A stretch of DNA of 63,869 bases, the filler included, from Octopus bimaculoides (taxonomy: Eukaryota): assembly GCF_001194135.2 (NCBI RefSeq). It is 6 parts of 6 records of this genome, joined end to end, with 100 filler letters (N's around TTAATTAATTAA, not from the genome) between each part and the next. Parts side by side here need not be neighbours in the genome. Positions count along the whole stretch, not along the records: positions 1 to 9,538 come from NC_068981.1; positions 9,639 to 18,832 come from NC_068994.1; 4 more parts are not named here. One strand, written 5' to 3'. A program made the position numbers and the translations under genes. Shown here piece by piece: positions 1-13,786 of the stretch. The stretch's first letter is position 1. The number at the start of each line of letters is the position of its first letter. The notes under the pieces were generated by a model. That model searched no databases and was not told the origin of the DNA. It worked only from the letters and a program-made list of their open reading frames with translations.

Positions 1-164
1 TATATATATATATATATCATGTAGAAAAAATAAGATAATTATCCCCTTATACAGCACAACTAATTAGCGCTCTAATCGAGCATCAGGAATACATGACCAA
101 GAAAGAGAGGACAAATTTCAGAAGTCAGTGTTTTTTCACAGTATATTTCACAGCATCGGAATAC

Positions 165-937
165 TTCATAGCATACATGGTGGTTGTCTACTCCTTACAC
201 AGAGTCTGAACACCTCCTGTACCTACACCTTAGCCCTTTCATGGCGTCTGATGTGGCTTTTTAAACAAGACGATGTTTTGAAAAAAAACACCCACACAGA
301 TTGCACCTCTGTTTGAACTACCAATACCTGCAGGTAAGCTCTGCTCATTGTGAATCCTAACATGTCTTTTAAGACCACCATTGGATTTGCAAGCCTTCTG
401 GAATACATCGCATTCAAACGTGTGCACAGACATATAGTCAGAATAGTTGGTTGAAGTTTATTTTCCATGGGTTTGCAGGTGAGATTTGAGGCCAGCCAAA
501 GACAGGCATGGTCTGTCACAGACTGTGCACACAAAAAGGTCCTTGTCATTCACCTTCTCGATCTTTACATTCTTCCTTAAATATCTTTTGAGTCTTGCTT
601 GCGTTATCCTGGCCTCTTCAACCGCTTTCATTTCATTTCACACTTTTGTTCGCCATCCAGCTCGATCTGAAGCGAGGGTTTCTATATCTTCTGGAACCAT
701 TCCAAGTGACTTCATAGTAGTCCTTATGCCATCCTTAAACCTTTTTTTAGGTTTATGCCAATAGCGTTTCCCCTCTGCAAGCTTACCATAAAACAGCTCT
801 TTCGGCATGCGTTCATGTGCCATTCGAACAATATGGCCACACCATTTCAATTGGTTCCTGAAAATCTTAGTTTTAATTGAGGGTGTGCCAGCAGATGCAA
901 GGATATCTGTGTTTGGAGTAAAAGAATTCCATTTAAT
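165..937 (-). mobile_element. RTE-clade LINE 3' fragment: RT C-terminus plus decayed C2H2 zinc fingers
   Basis: Minus-strand KWCGHIVRMAHERMPKELFYGKLAEGKR...RFKD...LASDRAGWR is a typical RTE RT tail. It is followed by FECDVFQKACKSNGGLKRHVRIH (C2H2-like). Frameshifted. Confidence 0.85.
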
Positions 938-1278
938 NNNNNNNNNNNNNNNNNNNNNNNNNNNNNNNNNNNNNNNNNNNNNNNNNNNNNNNNNNNNNNN
1001 NNNNNNNNNNNNNNNNNNNNNNNNNNNNNNNNNNNNNACACCCTGCAGGACGAAAAATAAGACCTGTCAAAAGGCGGATGAACTCCTCATAGCGTAGATA
1101 CACACATACATACACGCATACACACAAACCTCCACACATATATATATATATACACACACATACACACACAAAATGGGTACACAACTGGTTGACGAACGGG
1201 CTCGAGTAACATCTCTGTGAATATTTTGCAGCTTTTATAATAATATATACAAGTATGTGTATATGTACATATATATAC

Positions 1279-1309
<31 letters not shown>

Positions 1310-2600
1310 NNNNNNNNNNTATATATATATATATACGCACAAACATATTTAGTAACACGCTGACTCAGATGCTTGCTAATGTTTCGTCAGCAAAATGCGG
1401 CCATTTTCTTTCGTTTGCACTGTAAGTCATACACAGAAATGCACACACACACATGCGCACGCATCCATGCACACCTGCACATTATTAGCGAGATGCAGGT
1501 ATAAGGTATACCTGATCACTCAATGAATGCTTGTACTTCAAAACAACCAAGGGAAAAGTACATACGGGGTGGTAACATGAAATCCTACCACTTTGAATAA
1601 ATCAGCCAAAGAAGAATGATATGTAAAAGTGCATGATCCCAGAGGTGTTCCAGCATGAACTCAGCCATATGACTGAAACGAATAAAAGAATAATAAAAAT
1701 TCTTAAGTCACAACCTCCTAACTAGGGTGGTTATAATCCTGGGGACCAAGAGTTGGGTTTAAAGACGTATTCCTCGACCGTCTTAATAGTGACGATCAAG
1801 CAAGTTCAGATGACATTGTGTCATTTATATCATTTATAAAAGATATGACGCAAACAGAACTTCAAATATATTTGGCGAAGAAAACATGTAGCACTTGATA
1901 GACCTTTACAGCAGTTTCAAAATTTCAGCGATTGGTTGAAATAATAAGGTGTATTACGCAAACAGGTATGCAATAACACTTATCGAATAAGTAAACGTTA
2001 TTATCAACTTGTAATTTCGATAATGCCGGTGAATTTTTGGATGGTGTCTTATTTTTCTTTTCACATGGGAATGCGGCATGTGCGTATTTGGATTTTATTT
2101 TAGGTTTTATGATCCTCGGCAAAATAATAGTCATCAAGGTTTAGAAAATATCGGCCCAGCGCTAGATACGTACAATGGGCTTGGATTCATACACACACAC
2201 ACGCACACACACGCACGCACACACACACATTGTTTTGAATAAATGTCAATAAGCAAAATTCTAATGAGTTACAAAATTCCCGCACACGCATATATCCTTC
2301 CTCTAAAAAGGTAAGAGAACCCATTCATAAAAAAAAAAAACTCTCGCAAAAATATTGTTTTAAAATCCTACTTACACATCGCACACAGATACTACGGGCT
2401 CTACCATAAACTCCTCAATACACACATTAGGCATACATTTGTGCGCCTACAACTATAAAAATACAAAGACCACACCACAACCCTAACATAAACAACCAAC
2501 GAAAAGTCTTGTGAAGGCAGCATCGTCAATAAACACAAAACCCTAACTATCTTATAAACAAACACAAACACTAGACAACAAACATTTAAAGATATTAATA

Positions 2601-3990
2601 CGAGGGTGTATGAAAAGTTCTGAGCCTCAAAAAAAAAAAAAAACATAGTACAAGACTCCTGATGAATTATTTTTCAACATAGTCCCCCTCGATGGCTGAA
2701 CACTTTCTCCATCGGTGCTGAAGCGTCATTATCCTGGCGTTGAGGAACTCTTTTGTTTGAGATTCCAAGAAACTTCCTACAGCATCTATGACGTCATTGT
2801 CACTGGCAAAATGATGACCAGCCAGGGCTTTTTTTCATTTTGGGGAATAGATGAAAATCAGAGAGGACTAAATCTTGTGAATAAAGTGGATAGGGAACAA
2901 GTTCGTATCCACAATCACGAAATGTTGCCATGGCAACCACTGGGGTGTGGGCTGGAACATTGTCGTGATAAAAAGTACTCCTCTGGTGAGTCGTCCCGGC
3001 CTTTTTTTTATTGCATCTCGGAGGCATTTCAGTAGCTGAGAATAATACATCCCTGTCACGGTGTGACCCTTTTCAAGTTAATCGATCAGCAAGACACCTT
3101 GAGAATCCAAAAATACTGACGCCATGACCTTACCAGCTGAAGGAATGACCCTGGCCTTCTTTGAGATAGCAGAAGATGTGTGCTTCCACTGCTTTGATTG
3201 TTCTTTAGTTTCAGGCTGGTAGTGATGAACTTAACCTTCGTCCATAGTAATGAAACGAGCAAGAAAATTCTCTTCATCAGCTTCAAAAGTTCCAGATTGC
3301 CCGTGGACAAAGTGCACCTGGTGCATTTCTGTTCAGGCGTCAAAAGGCGAGGGACCCAACTTCAAGAAACCTTTGAGAACCCAAGTTCTTTTGTCACAAT
3401 GTTGTCTGCTCTTTCAGTTGAGATGCCCAGTCTCTCGGCTATCTGACGACATGATATTCGGCGATCTTGCATTATCATACCAAGAGCAAGGTCAATGTTG
3501 TCCTCGGTGATTGCAGCTGGAAGTCTCATTGGTGCTGGATCATCTTCTACATTCTCCCTGCCACGCTGGAATTCATTTACCCAGTGTTTGACTGTTGCAT
3601 ATGAAGGAGCATTGTCTGTTAAGGTTCTCACCATATCTTCATGGATTTCTGATGGAGTCATGCCTTTCAAATGAAGGTACTTTATGACAGCACGATACTC
3701 AGTTTTCTCCATTTTCCTTGTAACCTTGACACTTGTTTTTTGAAAAATCTGCATCAAAAAAAAAAAAAATTAAAGTATCAGAATCATGAAAATGAACAAA
3801 AATACTCCGAAAAGACTGTACTTACCAGAAAAAATCGTTTCAGCTACCTTGACAACAGCTTCGTAATCTTTGTTGCAGCTGAACATGTCGCGTCTTGCAG
3901 TCTTACAAATTTTTCTGTAGTAGATTTTTTAATCTTTATGCTCTCCAGTGCCGTTGACTGTTCACCAATACCTCAAACTGTTCCTGAAAA
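2601..3990 (-). mobile_element. Decayed mariner (DD34D) transposon
   Basis: TA+CGAGGGTGTATGAAAAGTTC terminus at 2599-2620. Frameshifted transposase pieces: MEKTEYRAVIKYLHLKG...YATVKHWVNEFQRGR, FYHDNVPAH, YPLYSQDLVLSDFHLFPKMKK. The other TIR was not recognised. Confidence 0.9.
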
Positions 3991-4224
3991 TAGAAGATAA
4001 TATGTCTACGGAGAAGGATGCAAGTTTTCCATTATCAATATTTTCTACACTGAAGTTTTCTCCTATTAAAGGTTTATTATTTTTTTAACATACTATTCAG
4101 AGTCATAATTCAAACAGATTTATCTATACATACGTATGGTTGAATATATGTTTATTCCTTACCCTATTTTTAAATCATTATAATCACTCATGAGAGGGAA
4201 CGAGCGTTTTTGTGTCAGAAGAAG

Positions 4225-4466
<242 letters not shown>

Positions 4467-4620
4467 TTCTACTTATGTATATACATTCATATATCATTCT
4501 TTCTGAGTTTAGCACACAGACAGCAATTTTTAGTCGGANNNNNNNNNNNNNNNNNNNNNNNNNNNNNNNNNNNNNNNNNNNNNNNNNNNNNNNNNNNNNN
4601 NNNNNNNNNNNNNNNNNNNN

Positions 4621-4745
4621 TTTATCGACCCCCTAAAAGGATGAAAGGCCAAGCTGACCTCGTCGGGATGAGAAATCAGAACGCAAAGAGCCGAAAGAAA
4701 AGCCGCTAAGTATTTTACCCGATGCTCTAAAGTCTCTGCCATCAC
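4621..4745 (-). mobile_element. SINE fragment (family A)
   Basis: Reverse complement of the ...gtcgactttgcctttcatcc..ggggtcgataaa motif that recurs at 8.7k, 9.1k, 40.6k and 60.5k. Confidence 0.7.
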
Positions 4746-4812
4746 ACCGCCGTCATACACACATAAAAGTATACTCCTCGCATTTTCATATGTGTCTTTG
4801 TGTGTGTGTGTG

Positions 4813-4845
<33 letters not shown>

Positions 4846-5639
4846 GTGTGTGTGTGTGTGTCTGTCTGTGTCTGTGTGTTTGTGTGTAGGGGCGTGCGTA
4901 CCTCTATATGTGTATATATTTGTGTAAAGTAGAGAACGCCGTAAAATTAAAAACAATTAAGTAATTGATAAGTATGTTCAAATCTTTCATTTTACATGAA
5001 CATGTTTTCTCGCTTGAAGCAAAGAACGTAATACTTTCCAAGATAAGTAACCTTATAATTCTCTATTTACTACAGAATTAAAATGTCCGCCAGCGACAAT
5101 GTTTGAAGGTTATCTTGCTCGGCAGACTTGTCTCCACGTGACCTCTACGTTATTATAACTCACCTACTGTGTTTGAATGTGTTTCATTATGTCCGTCACA
5201 ATTTAACTAGCACGCTATCTTTGCTTCGTTTTCATTATCAGTTCTTTTCCTGTTTCTCATTTTACTCTTTGCGCTCCACCCCTTTCTCATTCTACTCTAC
5301 CTTCATTTTATCAGAATCTTCCACTTATGACCAGGTTTCATTTCTTCTTTTTAGTGTATCTGGTCTACTTAATCAGTCTCTGCCTTCCTCACTCCATCTT
5401 GCTACTCCCCACTCCCTTTCGACCATTCACCCTCATAATTTCTCGCCTCTATGCTTCTTAATATCTTGGTATATTCAGTTATGTTCTCTTTCGTCGACTA
5501 ATCTTTGATGGTTCTTATATCTACTTTTCCCCCCAATTCGCTCTCATAATACTTAAGTTAACACCAACCTAACTAGCATGGAAACACACATACATAAATG
5601 GATATATGGAGGGGATGAAAGCATTATACCACCAAAAAG

Positions 5640-6450
5640 CAATGAATGGGTACATATCTCGTAAGCCAGAGGATAACAACAACATTGACAGAAAGTGTAG
5701 CCTCTCCTGAACTTGTAATAGATACATTACTTCCTACCTTCAAGGATATGCCTCTACTATCCATTAACATGAGACAGCCCCTAAATACCTGATAAACAAG
5801 AAAGACAATGATACCACCAGACATCCACGTTATGATAGGAAATGTCGGCTCTGCGATGCCAGTGTGGAAGATACCACTCACATCATCAGCAGCTGCTTCA
5901 AAATATCTACGAGACACTACCTGCCCCTAAAGCATTATATTATTGCAAAGATTATTTACAATGCTATCCGCAGGAAGGATTGCTCTGACATACATCAAAG
6001 GCACGTCAGAACTAGCATGTATTCACACCTTTAAAAACAAGGAATGCTGGTGGAACACTCCAATAAAAATAGCAATTCGGTGAAAATATAACAAACCTGA
6101 TATTGTTCTATGGGACAGGGAACAAGAATCATGCAGATATGTAGAGGTGAACTGCCCAACGGATATGAACGTACTATCACAAGTAAAGGGAGAAGAGAAA
6201 AATTATAGTGAATCAATGCAGAATTTACAGCTCCCGTTCCCTTACTATGAATTCTCATTTGCACCTACCATTGCAGAAGTATTAGTTTTTGTACTTACAA
6301 ATAGGCACAAAGACTTAAAAATGCTAGGAGCAAATTAAACTGACGCAGATTCAGCCACACACTTACAAACACCGGGAAATCTTTAACTCAAAAACATCTT
6401 GTCACTTTGTTAGGAACCGGCGTGGACTCTCTTAAGAACTTAAATAAAGC
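5640..6450 (+). mobile_element. RLE-type (R4/Dong-like) non-LTR retrotransposon 3' fragment
   Basis: CRLCDASVEDTTHIISSC (CCHC knuckle), then PDIVLWDREQESCRYVEVNCPTDMN (PD-(D/E)xK restriction-like endonuclease). Frameshifts and stops. Confidence 0.8.
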
Positions 6451-6649
6451 TCAAAGAGAAATTATGCATACATACAAACATACATACACATACGCATACA
6501 CATGTATAAAACCAAACTGAAACTTCGGAGACGCTATCAACCATTTCTTTGCAAAAATAAACAGGTACTCTCTAAAAATCATTGAATGATGCCCCTTCAG
6601 TTTAAAGTTTAATACCAATTTTCTTCATATATAATTTCACATAAAACCT

Positions 6650-6650
6650 A

Positions 6651-6702
<52 letters not shown>

Positions 6703-6737
6703 GTACACATATATATATATTGATTGATTGATTGATA

Positions 6738-6808
<71 letters not shown>
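6650..6808. repeat. (CA)n/(TA)n/(GATT)n microsatellites
   Basis: Directly visible. Confidence 0.97.
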
Positions 6809-7283
6809 CGATGGGATAATTATAATCCTGGCAATAGCTTCATTAGCACATTATCTAAGATCCTGACTGGCATAATATATCAATAATTGAAGGAAGATCG
6901 GCGAGACACCGACTAATTGAAAGGGGACCACTTCACAACTACAAGGTAAGATCCAGTAAGCTCGATAGAAGCACCTCAGACTGAATAATGATAATAATAA
7001 TTTAAATGAAGATGTCAAAACAACGTTACAATCGCTTCTGTAAACAAACGATTTTTTAAATTTCGTGTTTTATACAGTGTTATGTAATATATGCCATATA
7101 TATCATAGGAATATGAAATCATAAACGGATATAAAGGTATTAAATGATAAAATAGTTCACATACGGAAACGATTGTAATGTGGATTCCACTAATTTCCTG
7201 ATTAAAATAAAATATAGATATATAGTATTTATGGTTGTGTGTATATTTGTGTGCATGTATGGGGATGCTTATGTGTGTGTGTT

Positions 7284-7320
<37 letters not shown>

Positions 7321-8664
7321 ATGCATGCGCATATGTAAGTATATCCACACAAATGTGGAAATCTCATGGATACACATTTTTCATTGATTTGCTGTGGGTT
7401 GCATGTTACGTCAATGAATTTCTAAAGCCTGCCAAGATCTGAGAGGTGATTGTGATTGATGTAAATCTCCAACGTTAAATCGGACTTCAGATTTAATTGG
7501 GTCTATTTCATTCCTTTGTTTTATGTGAAATATTAAACATAAACATAATGTATCTTCCACATTCGTGTAATATTGGTATATATAAATTTCGTTGTCACCG
7601 TGCATTGGTTTTAAAATGTTATTTGTTGGTTAATGCTTGTAGTATTTACATGATATGTAACATTTTTCTACTTATTTTTTTCTACACGAACTTGTGTCGT
7701 TCCTATAATTTTTTACATATTCTTATGATTTTATTTCAGCTCACCTTTGTAACAACCCTCATATATAAACGTTTGTGATTATGTGTGGCTATGGATATAC
7801 ATGTGTATTTCCCTGTGTCTGTGTGAACCAGTCTATATTTGTGCGTGCACGTCTAGATTGTGTGTTATTAAAAGAATTTGCTAAGAAAAACAAGTCAATA
7901 AGAATGTTTATTTAAGTGATAGTCCCTCTATAAAAGAAAATAGTTACACTGGATAAGAGTAGAACAGATTCAACGGTAAAGGAAATTTTCATATTTTGTC
8001 TAACAACACTATTTCAAATAATTATTTATTTCCAAAAACTGCAAAAATAAAGAAAGAAAAATATCGTGCGTTAACTTTTCACTAGTTTTCCGTTTCACTT
8101 ATGGAAACTTTCAAGAATTATTCTTTCGGAGCAAATATTATTTTAACGAATAATGAGTAAGAAGAGATGTACTTTGTAGCCAACAGATAATGCTCCTGTT
8201 TACGATGTTTATGTATGTATTCGAGCAACAAATATAAATAGAGTAATTCCCTAATCGTTACAAATGTCAATACACCAATGCTTGGAATGAATATATTTCT
8301 TACTCACGTTTGTTGTTGGTAAGAAACGAACGGCAATAAAAGGAAAGAGAAAGAAATATATTTTATTTAAAGAATGTTGGATGTTCATAAAAAAGCTTAA
8401 CAACATAGAAAGCAATCACAATAATGATTAAAATTTCTACTTTGGGTACAAAGAAAAATATTCGGGAAGTCGGGTTACCATCGATCACGATACCTAACTA
8501 GTGCTTTATTTATCGCTGAAACTGGTGCTTTCATGATTTAAAAGAAGAAAAGTATTGTTGACCTCCGCGGAATTAGAAATCAGGACTTGAATAACCGGAC
8601 CGAATATTGCGAAGCATTTTCCTTGCGCTCTTGCCCTACTAGTAGTAGTAATAATAATAATCCT

Positions 8665-8805
8665 TTATATTATCGGCATAAGGCCTGAAATTTGAGGGAG
8701 GAGGTTAGTCGATTACATCGACCCAAGTACTCAACTGGTACTTAATTTATCGACCCCGAAAAGATGAAAGGGAAAGTCGACATCGGCGAAATTTGAACTC
8801 AGATA
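8665..8805 (-). mobile_element. SINE fragment (family A)
   Basis: gtcgattacatcgacccaag...tttatcgaccccgaaaagatgaaagggaaagtcgac matches other copies in the window. Confidence 0.75.
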
Positions 8806-8811
8806 CCACCC

Positions 8812-8990
8812 AATCTGGACAAACATCTGCACACTTTAGAAATACGGTACAATCTTGGTGTCTTGCAAATATCGGCTTCACTTGGAACTGCACGCATACT
8901 GCGTAAAGTACTGTGTGTCTGAAGTTCTTGTTGTGACATGAGAGATAATCTATACCCCCGGTACACGCAATATTTTCAATCTACAGCATC
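8812..8990 (+). mobile_element. RLE-type retrotransposon extreme 3' end
   Basis: HLHTLEIRYNLGVLQISASLGTARILRKVLCV* resembles the LQKxALLGTAxILRxVL C-terminus of R4/Dong-like ORFs. Confidence 0.65.
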
Positions 8991-9039
8991 AAAGTGTTTG
9001 GTACTATGTGACATCGTTAATAATGATAATAATCCTTTC

Positions 9040-9275
9040 TGCTGTAGGCACATGGAGTCTATGGGGAAGGGGACTGTAGGTACATGGATTCTATGGGGAA
9101 GGGGACAGTCGATCTCATCGACCCAAGTACTCAACTTGTACTTGTTTTATCTATCCCCAAAAGGATGAAAGGCAAAGTCGACTCCGGCGGAATTTGATCT
9201 CAGACCTTAGCAACGGGTGAAATACAGCTAACCATTTCGGCAAGCGTGCTAACCATTTGGCTAGCTCGCTGCCGT
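9040..9275 (-). mobile_element. SINE (family A)
   Basis: Same conserved block as 8665-8805 and 40547-40750. Confidence 0.75.
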
Positions 9276-9314
9276 AATAATAATAGTAACAACAGCAACA
9301 ACAACAACAACAAC

Positions 9315-9382
<68 letters not shown>

Positions 9383-9384
9383 GC

Positions 9385-9538
9385 TACAACATCCTTAACT
9401 GGACACTAAACGAACTATGTAAAATAGACAGGAAAAGAAGAAAAATAACGACAGGATATAGGATGCACCACCCAAAATCTGACATAGAAAGGCTATATAT
9501 ACAACGCACAGAAGGTGGCAGGGGTCTTATACAGCTAG
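9385..9538 (+). mobile_element. RLE-type retrotransposon RT-thumb fragment after an (AAT)n tract
   Basis: ILNWTLNELCKIDRK...RMHHPKSDIERLYIQRTEGGRGLIQL (LYxxRxEGGRGL motif). Confidence 0.8.
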
Positions 9539-9638
9539 NNNNNNNNNNNNNNNNNNNNNNNNNNNNNNNNNNNNNNNNNNNNTTAATTAATTAANNNNNN
9601 NNNNNNNNNNNNNNNNNNNNNNNNNNNNNNNNNNNNNN
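9539..9638. other. Artificial 100-bp contig-join spacer (44 N + TTAATTAATTAA + 44 N). The same 12-mer sits in N spacers at 18877, 25314, 30091 and 40427.
   Basis: Identical 12-mer with stop codons in all six frames, embedded in N runs five times. Confidence 0.92.
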
Positions 9639-10559
9639 AATGAAAGAATTCCATGGTGCCACTATTGTAGCAGAAATAAACTAAGAGAGAATACAACTAC
9701 AATTTTAGAGTGGCTGAAGTGAATCACAGTGTTGGCCATGGAATTGTAATTCATTTCCTATTCCCTTGACCACTTAAAGAAACAAATCTCAGAATGAGTC
9801 AATTAGCTAGTGGCAAATGCCCAGAAAAATAGGTAGGATAGGGGTGACATAAACTCTATAAGTATACAAAAATTTTTAACAATTATGAAAAGTCTTAAAG
9901 TGTGCACTGATATAAGGAGATATGACTGTAGAAAAATATGGCATACACATATATGTATACAAAAAAGACGTGTGTGTGTGTATGTGTGTGTGTGTAAAGA
10001 ATATATAATTATAAAGTGTAATTATAAATAACTAGAAAAATATAGATTTAAGTACTATATTGCATTATATCTTATCATGCATACCGGCAGGAGAAGTTGT
10101 AACATTAAAAATCAAAAAAATCAAAAATCAAACCGATAATAGGTAAATAAATAATAAGGATAGGTATTCCTAACAAAGTAAATCAAGGTGTAAATAAGTT
10201 AAGATGAGTATATCATTGGATGCAGTTTTATAAAACATAATATTACAGGCACTGTTGTTTGTAGAATTATATAGTTCATAGGGAGTGTAAGATTTACCCA
10301 AGGGAGTCTTACTATCTGATAACTCATTACAAATATACATATTGTGACTGATCAAGCAGAAAGTCTTAGAATTGAAGGAAAAAACAGTATAATCACCGTA
10401 AGGATGAATTCCAACTAAACTGGCAGGGGTTGCCAGAGGGCAATATTATATATAATACATTATATAACATAATACATAACATATAATATATAAAACACAA
10501 CACAATATAATTTGTAATTTACTACACCTGAGGGTAAGTTATGAAAGATACGATATCCC

Positions 10560-11000
10560 AAGCTAATCTATACCATCAAATTCAAAGTATGATGAGTATA
10601 ATGATTTGTTTCGAAAATATTTAAATGTGCGGGTGATGCTATGCTCACAGGAAACCCTAAGGTTTAATCTATTATTAATTAGGTTGTTCTTGTCTCTGTA
10701 CATAAAAATCTCATAAATTTCCATAGAACAAAGCTTACATCGATATCTGCTATCTCTATATGGCTGCGCCCTCCGTACTATATCCCATTTAAGGCTAAAT
10801 CTACTCTTGCTTTCCTTAAGTTCCCAGATCTTACTAGATAAAGAAGTACTGTTGGCTTTATGTCTAATCTAAACGAAGGAAGATGGTTATTAATATTTTT
10901 CATATTTATTGAACACCTTATATAGATAAAACTATCAGTTTTAGTCAAAATTATACATTTGTAAACAACATTTTGGCTAAACAACGACCTAATAATGGGC
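10560..11000 (-). mobile_element. Penelope-like element, GIY-YIG endonuclease remnant
   Basis: SQNVVYKCIILTKTDSFIYI...NHLPSFR, and after a frameshift a T-x-LS-xx-IW-x-LK-like segment. Confidence 0.65.
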
Positions 11001-11042
11001 AATGGGATTCTACCCTACAATTGCAACCGGGAGTATTACTGC

Positions 11043-11113
<71 letters not shown>

Positions 11114-11746
11114 TCATTACTATAATTAACATCAGCATTATTATTGTTAATAGTAGTACTACTTTCATCAATTATACTATCACTTAAATTTATTGCAGCA
11201 CCACCAGGTATTGTGTCAATATTACCTGCATTAGCATATACAGCAGTGTCATTGTTTATATTATATATTAGATATTTAGTCCTGTTGTTCTGGATTCCTA
11301 CATATCCACTATTATTATCATCATTGCATGGGTTTTAATCATTATTGACAATATTAGTATTATTATTGATCCCCCGTGTTAATCTTATATTACTTCTATT
11401 AAATTTTCATATTACTTCTATTAAAATTTCCCAATATAGTACCTATATTTGGAAGAGCAGAATATGAGATTCTGATTGTCTTACGGGGAAATATTCTGTT
11501 ATACTTATGGGACGATGGGAAGTGTTGATCTAAAATTGCCATAAATTTATTAGATATGTTGGTAGATATAGCACAGTTAAAGGGAACATTATACCAGACT
11601 ACATTATTCTTTTTCTATCTATTCTACTTTTGCCCTCTGAATTCTGAGCTTGATTATTAAGTATGGCCCCACTATTGGTATTTATACTATCATTAGAGGA
11701 GGACGCATTCTATTCAATCATATCTGTACCGTTATCATATAAATTA

Positions 11747-12975
11747 CACTGGCCAACAAATTCTAACCTTTTTCTGCTGACCTAAGTTTGAGACCTGTTT
11801 TGGGGATAATTTGGGGTCATTGAGTTTTAAAACGGCAATAGATTTTTTCTATTACGTTTAGTCTTTTTTCTGTGGGCTGGCCCATATTAGCTCCACCCGT
11901 AGCTCCATGTTTGAAATGTTTGAATTTCCTTGACTCTTTTTGTTATATATGCGGGTGTTTTACAGTATGAACGTTAGTGACAGTGTGAAAAGATCCTACT
12001 TGGCTTATTTAAAGATTAAAGTTGGTGATCAGGATAAATCGTGGGCCCGCACAATATATGTAAAGCTTATGTCGAAAATCTACGCCAATGGACAAAGGGT
12101 ACAAAGAAACAACTGACATTTGGCATTCCTGTGATATGGTGGGAGCCAAAGGACCGTGTAAACGATTGCTACTTTTATCTCACAAAGACTTCTGGTTATA
12201 GCAAGAGAATGTGGCAGAAAATAAGTTATCAAAATCCGGATTCAGCAATTCATCCAGTGCTTCACTCCGATGGAATACCAGTACCCATTTTCAAGGATTT
12301 ACCTTTACTTCAATGTGAAAGTGATATATGCGAAATGGATGTAAGTCATGAACATGACAATGCTTAGACTTGGTAGAAACATCGACCAAAGAACGTGAAA
12401 ATTTCAACCAGGCAGAACTTAATGATTTAGTTAGAGACTTACGACTGTCGACAGAGTTATCAGAACTGTTAGCTTCTAGGCTTAAAGAGAAGAATTTGTT
12501 GCAGAAAGAAACAAGCGTGACTCTTTTATCCGAAAAAGGAAAAAGGTCTCTCGGCATTCTTTACAATTGAAAAAGATTTTGTTTACTGTTGTGACGTGAC
12601 GGGACTGTTAAGTGTGATGGGTGTTGAACAGTATGATCCTAGCGAATGGAAACTGTTTATAGATAATTCAAAGAAGAGCATTGCTCTATAATGGAAATTT
12701 GTTTGATGCACTTCCTATTGGTCACTTTGTACATTTAAAAGAGAATTATGGTCACAGTGTGGATCTAACAATGGCCAACGTTTTACTTCGCCAACTAGGA
12801 TGGTATACAAAATATCCGTGTTTCCTGTGTTTATGGGATAGCGAAGCGAGAGACAAAAGTTGGGAACAGAAACTCTGGCCAGTTAGGAAATATTTGATCA
12901 AACGCCAACCACTTGTTGAGCGAGAGAAAATCATCTTTCCACCTCTTCATATTAAAATAGGACTAATGAAGTAAT
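11747..12975 (+). mobile_element. Chapaev3-like (CMC) DNA transposon, truncated and decayed
   Basis: CACTGGCCAACAAA terminus. Transposase motifs DQDKSW-PHNIC, FGIPVIWWEPKD..NDCYF, FNQAELNDLVRDLRLSTELSELLASRLKEKNLL, PPLHIKIGLMK. Superfamily assigned from memory. Confidence 0.7.
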
Positions 12976-13345
12976 AAAGAAAACAAGTGATCAAATGCTA
13001 TATTTATTTGAAATTTAATCATCAATGCACTTACTCTGATTATCTATGACTTCCTTCCATCTATTTACAAGCTTTTTAATCCCATCAATGTAAAATTCTT
13101 TTGGCTTCAAAGCGAAGAACTCTGAAATGTCAGTTTCTACTTCCTCATGGCTTGCGAAAGTTAATCCCCCCAATTGATTCTGTAAACAACGAAACAAATG
13201 GTAGTCTGAAGCAGCAAGGTCGGGAGAATAAGGTGGATGAGGAATTTTTTCCAAACCAAGCTCTTCGATCTTCTGTGATGTGATCTTTGCAGTGTGGGGT
13301 CACACATTGTCCTGATGAAACATCACTCCTTTTCGATTCACTAAA
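12976..13345 (-). mobile_element. Mariner transposase 3' fragment
   Basis: PHPPYSPDLAASDYHLFRCLQNQL...FYIDGIKKLVNRWKEVID. Confidence 0.9.
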
Positions 13346-13786
13346 GTGGGTCTTTTTTTTCTTCAAAGCTTGGTTCAATCTTCTTAGAGAGTTTCCTTTG
13401 ATGATAAATGTTGGTCCAGCTGGTGTTGATGGTGGACTCCAGTTGGTGAGGTGTGATATTGTGAACCTTTTCGTATAGTGTGGTGTCACCGAGGTGTTCG
13501 ATAGCTAGTTTGTTGTAGGTGGGTTTGTCTATAATGCAGAATTCTTTCCCTTTGTCCGAAGGGAGGCAGATGGGATTTTTGTTTCTTAAGTTTTGCAAGG
13601 TCAGGAGTTGGGATTTGGTAAGGTTGCGTGATGAGAAAAGGGTGTTTATCTAATATGTTATGTATGGGTTGTTTGAGTCTAGCTAGTTTGGCGTTGAGTT
13701 CGGAGTTGTAAAGGGAAGGGTGGAGTGGGTTATCGAGGCGGTAGATGGGGAATCTAAGCGTAGGAGAGGAGGAAGAGGAGGAGGAG
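13346..13786 (-). mobile_element. Penelope-like RT N-terminal fragment
   Basis: LRNKNPICLPSDKGKEFCIIDKPTYNKLAIEHLGDTTLYEK (DKG motif). Confidence 0.75.

Noticed and set aside
1929-1965. 37-nt phase 0-1 exon-like segment (RLVEIIRCITQT) resembling the short NPL exon, suggesting a tandem paralogue
   Set aside because: No GPxRLPL terminal exon found downstream; similarity is limited to size and phase.
9583-9594. TTAATTAATTAA as a biological repeat or piggyBac target
   Set aside because: Always embedded in N runs; it is a six-frame-stop assembly linker.
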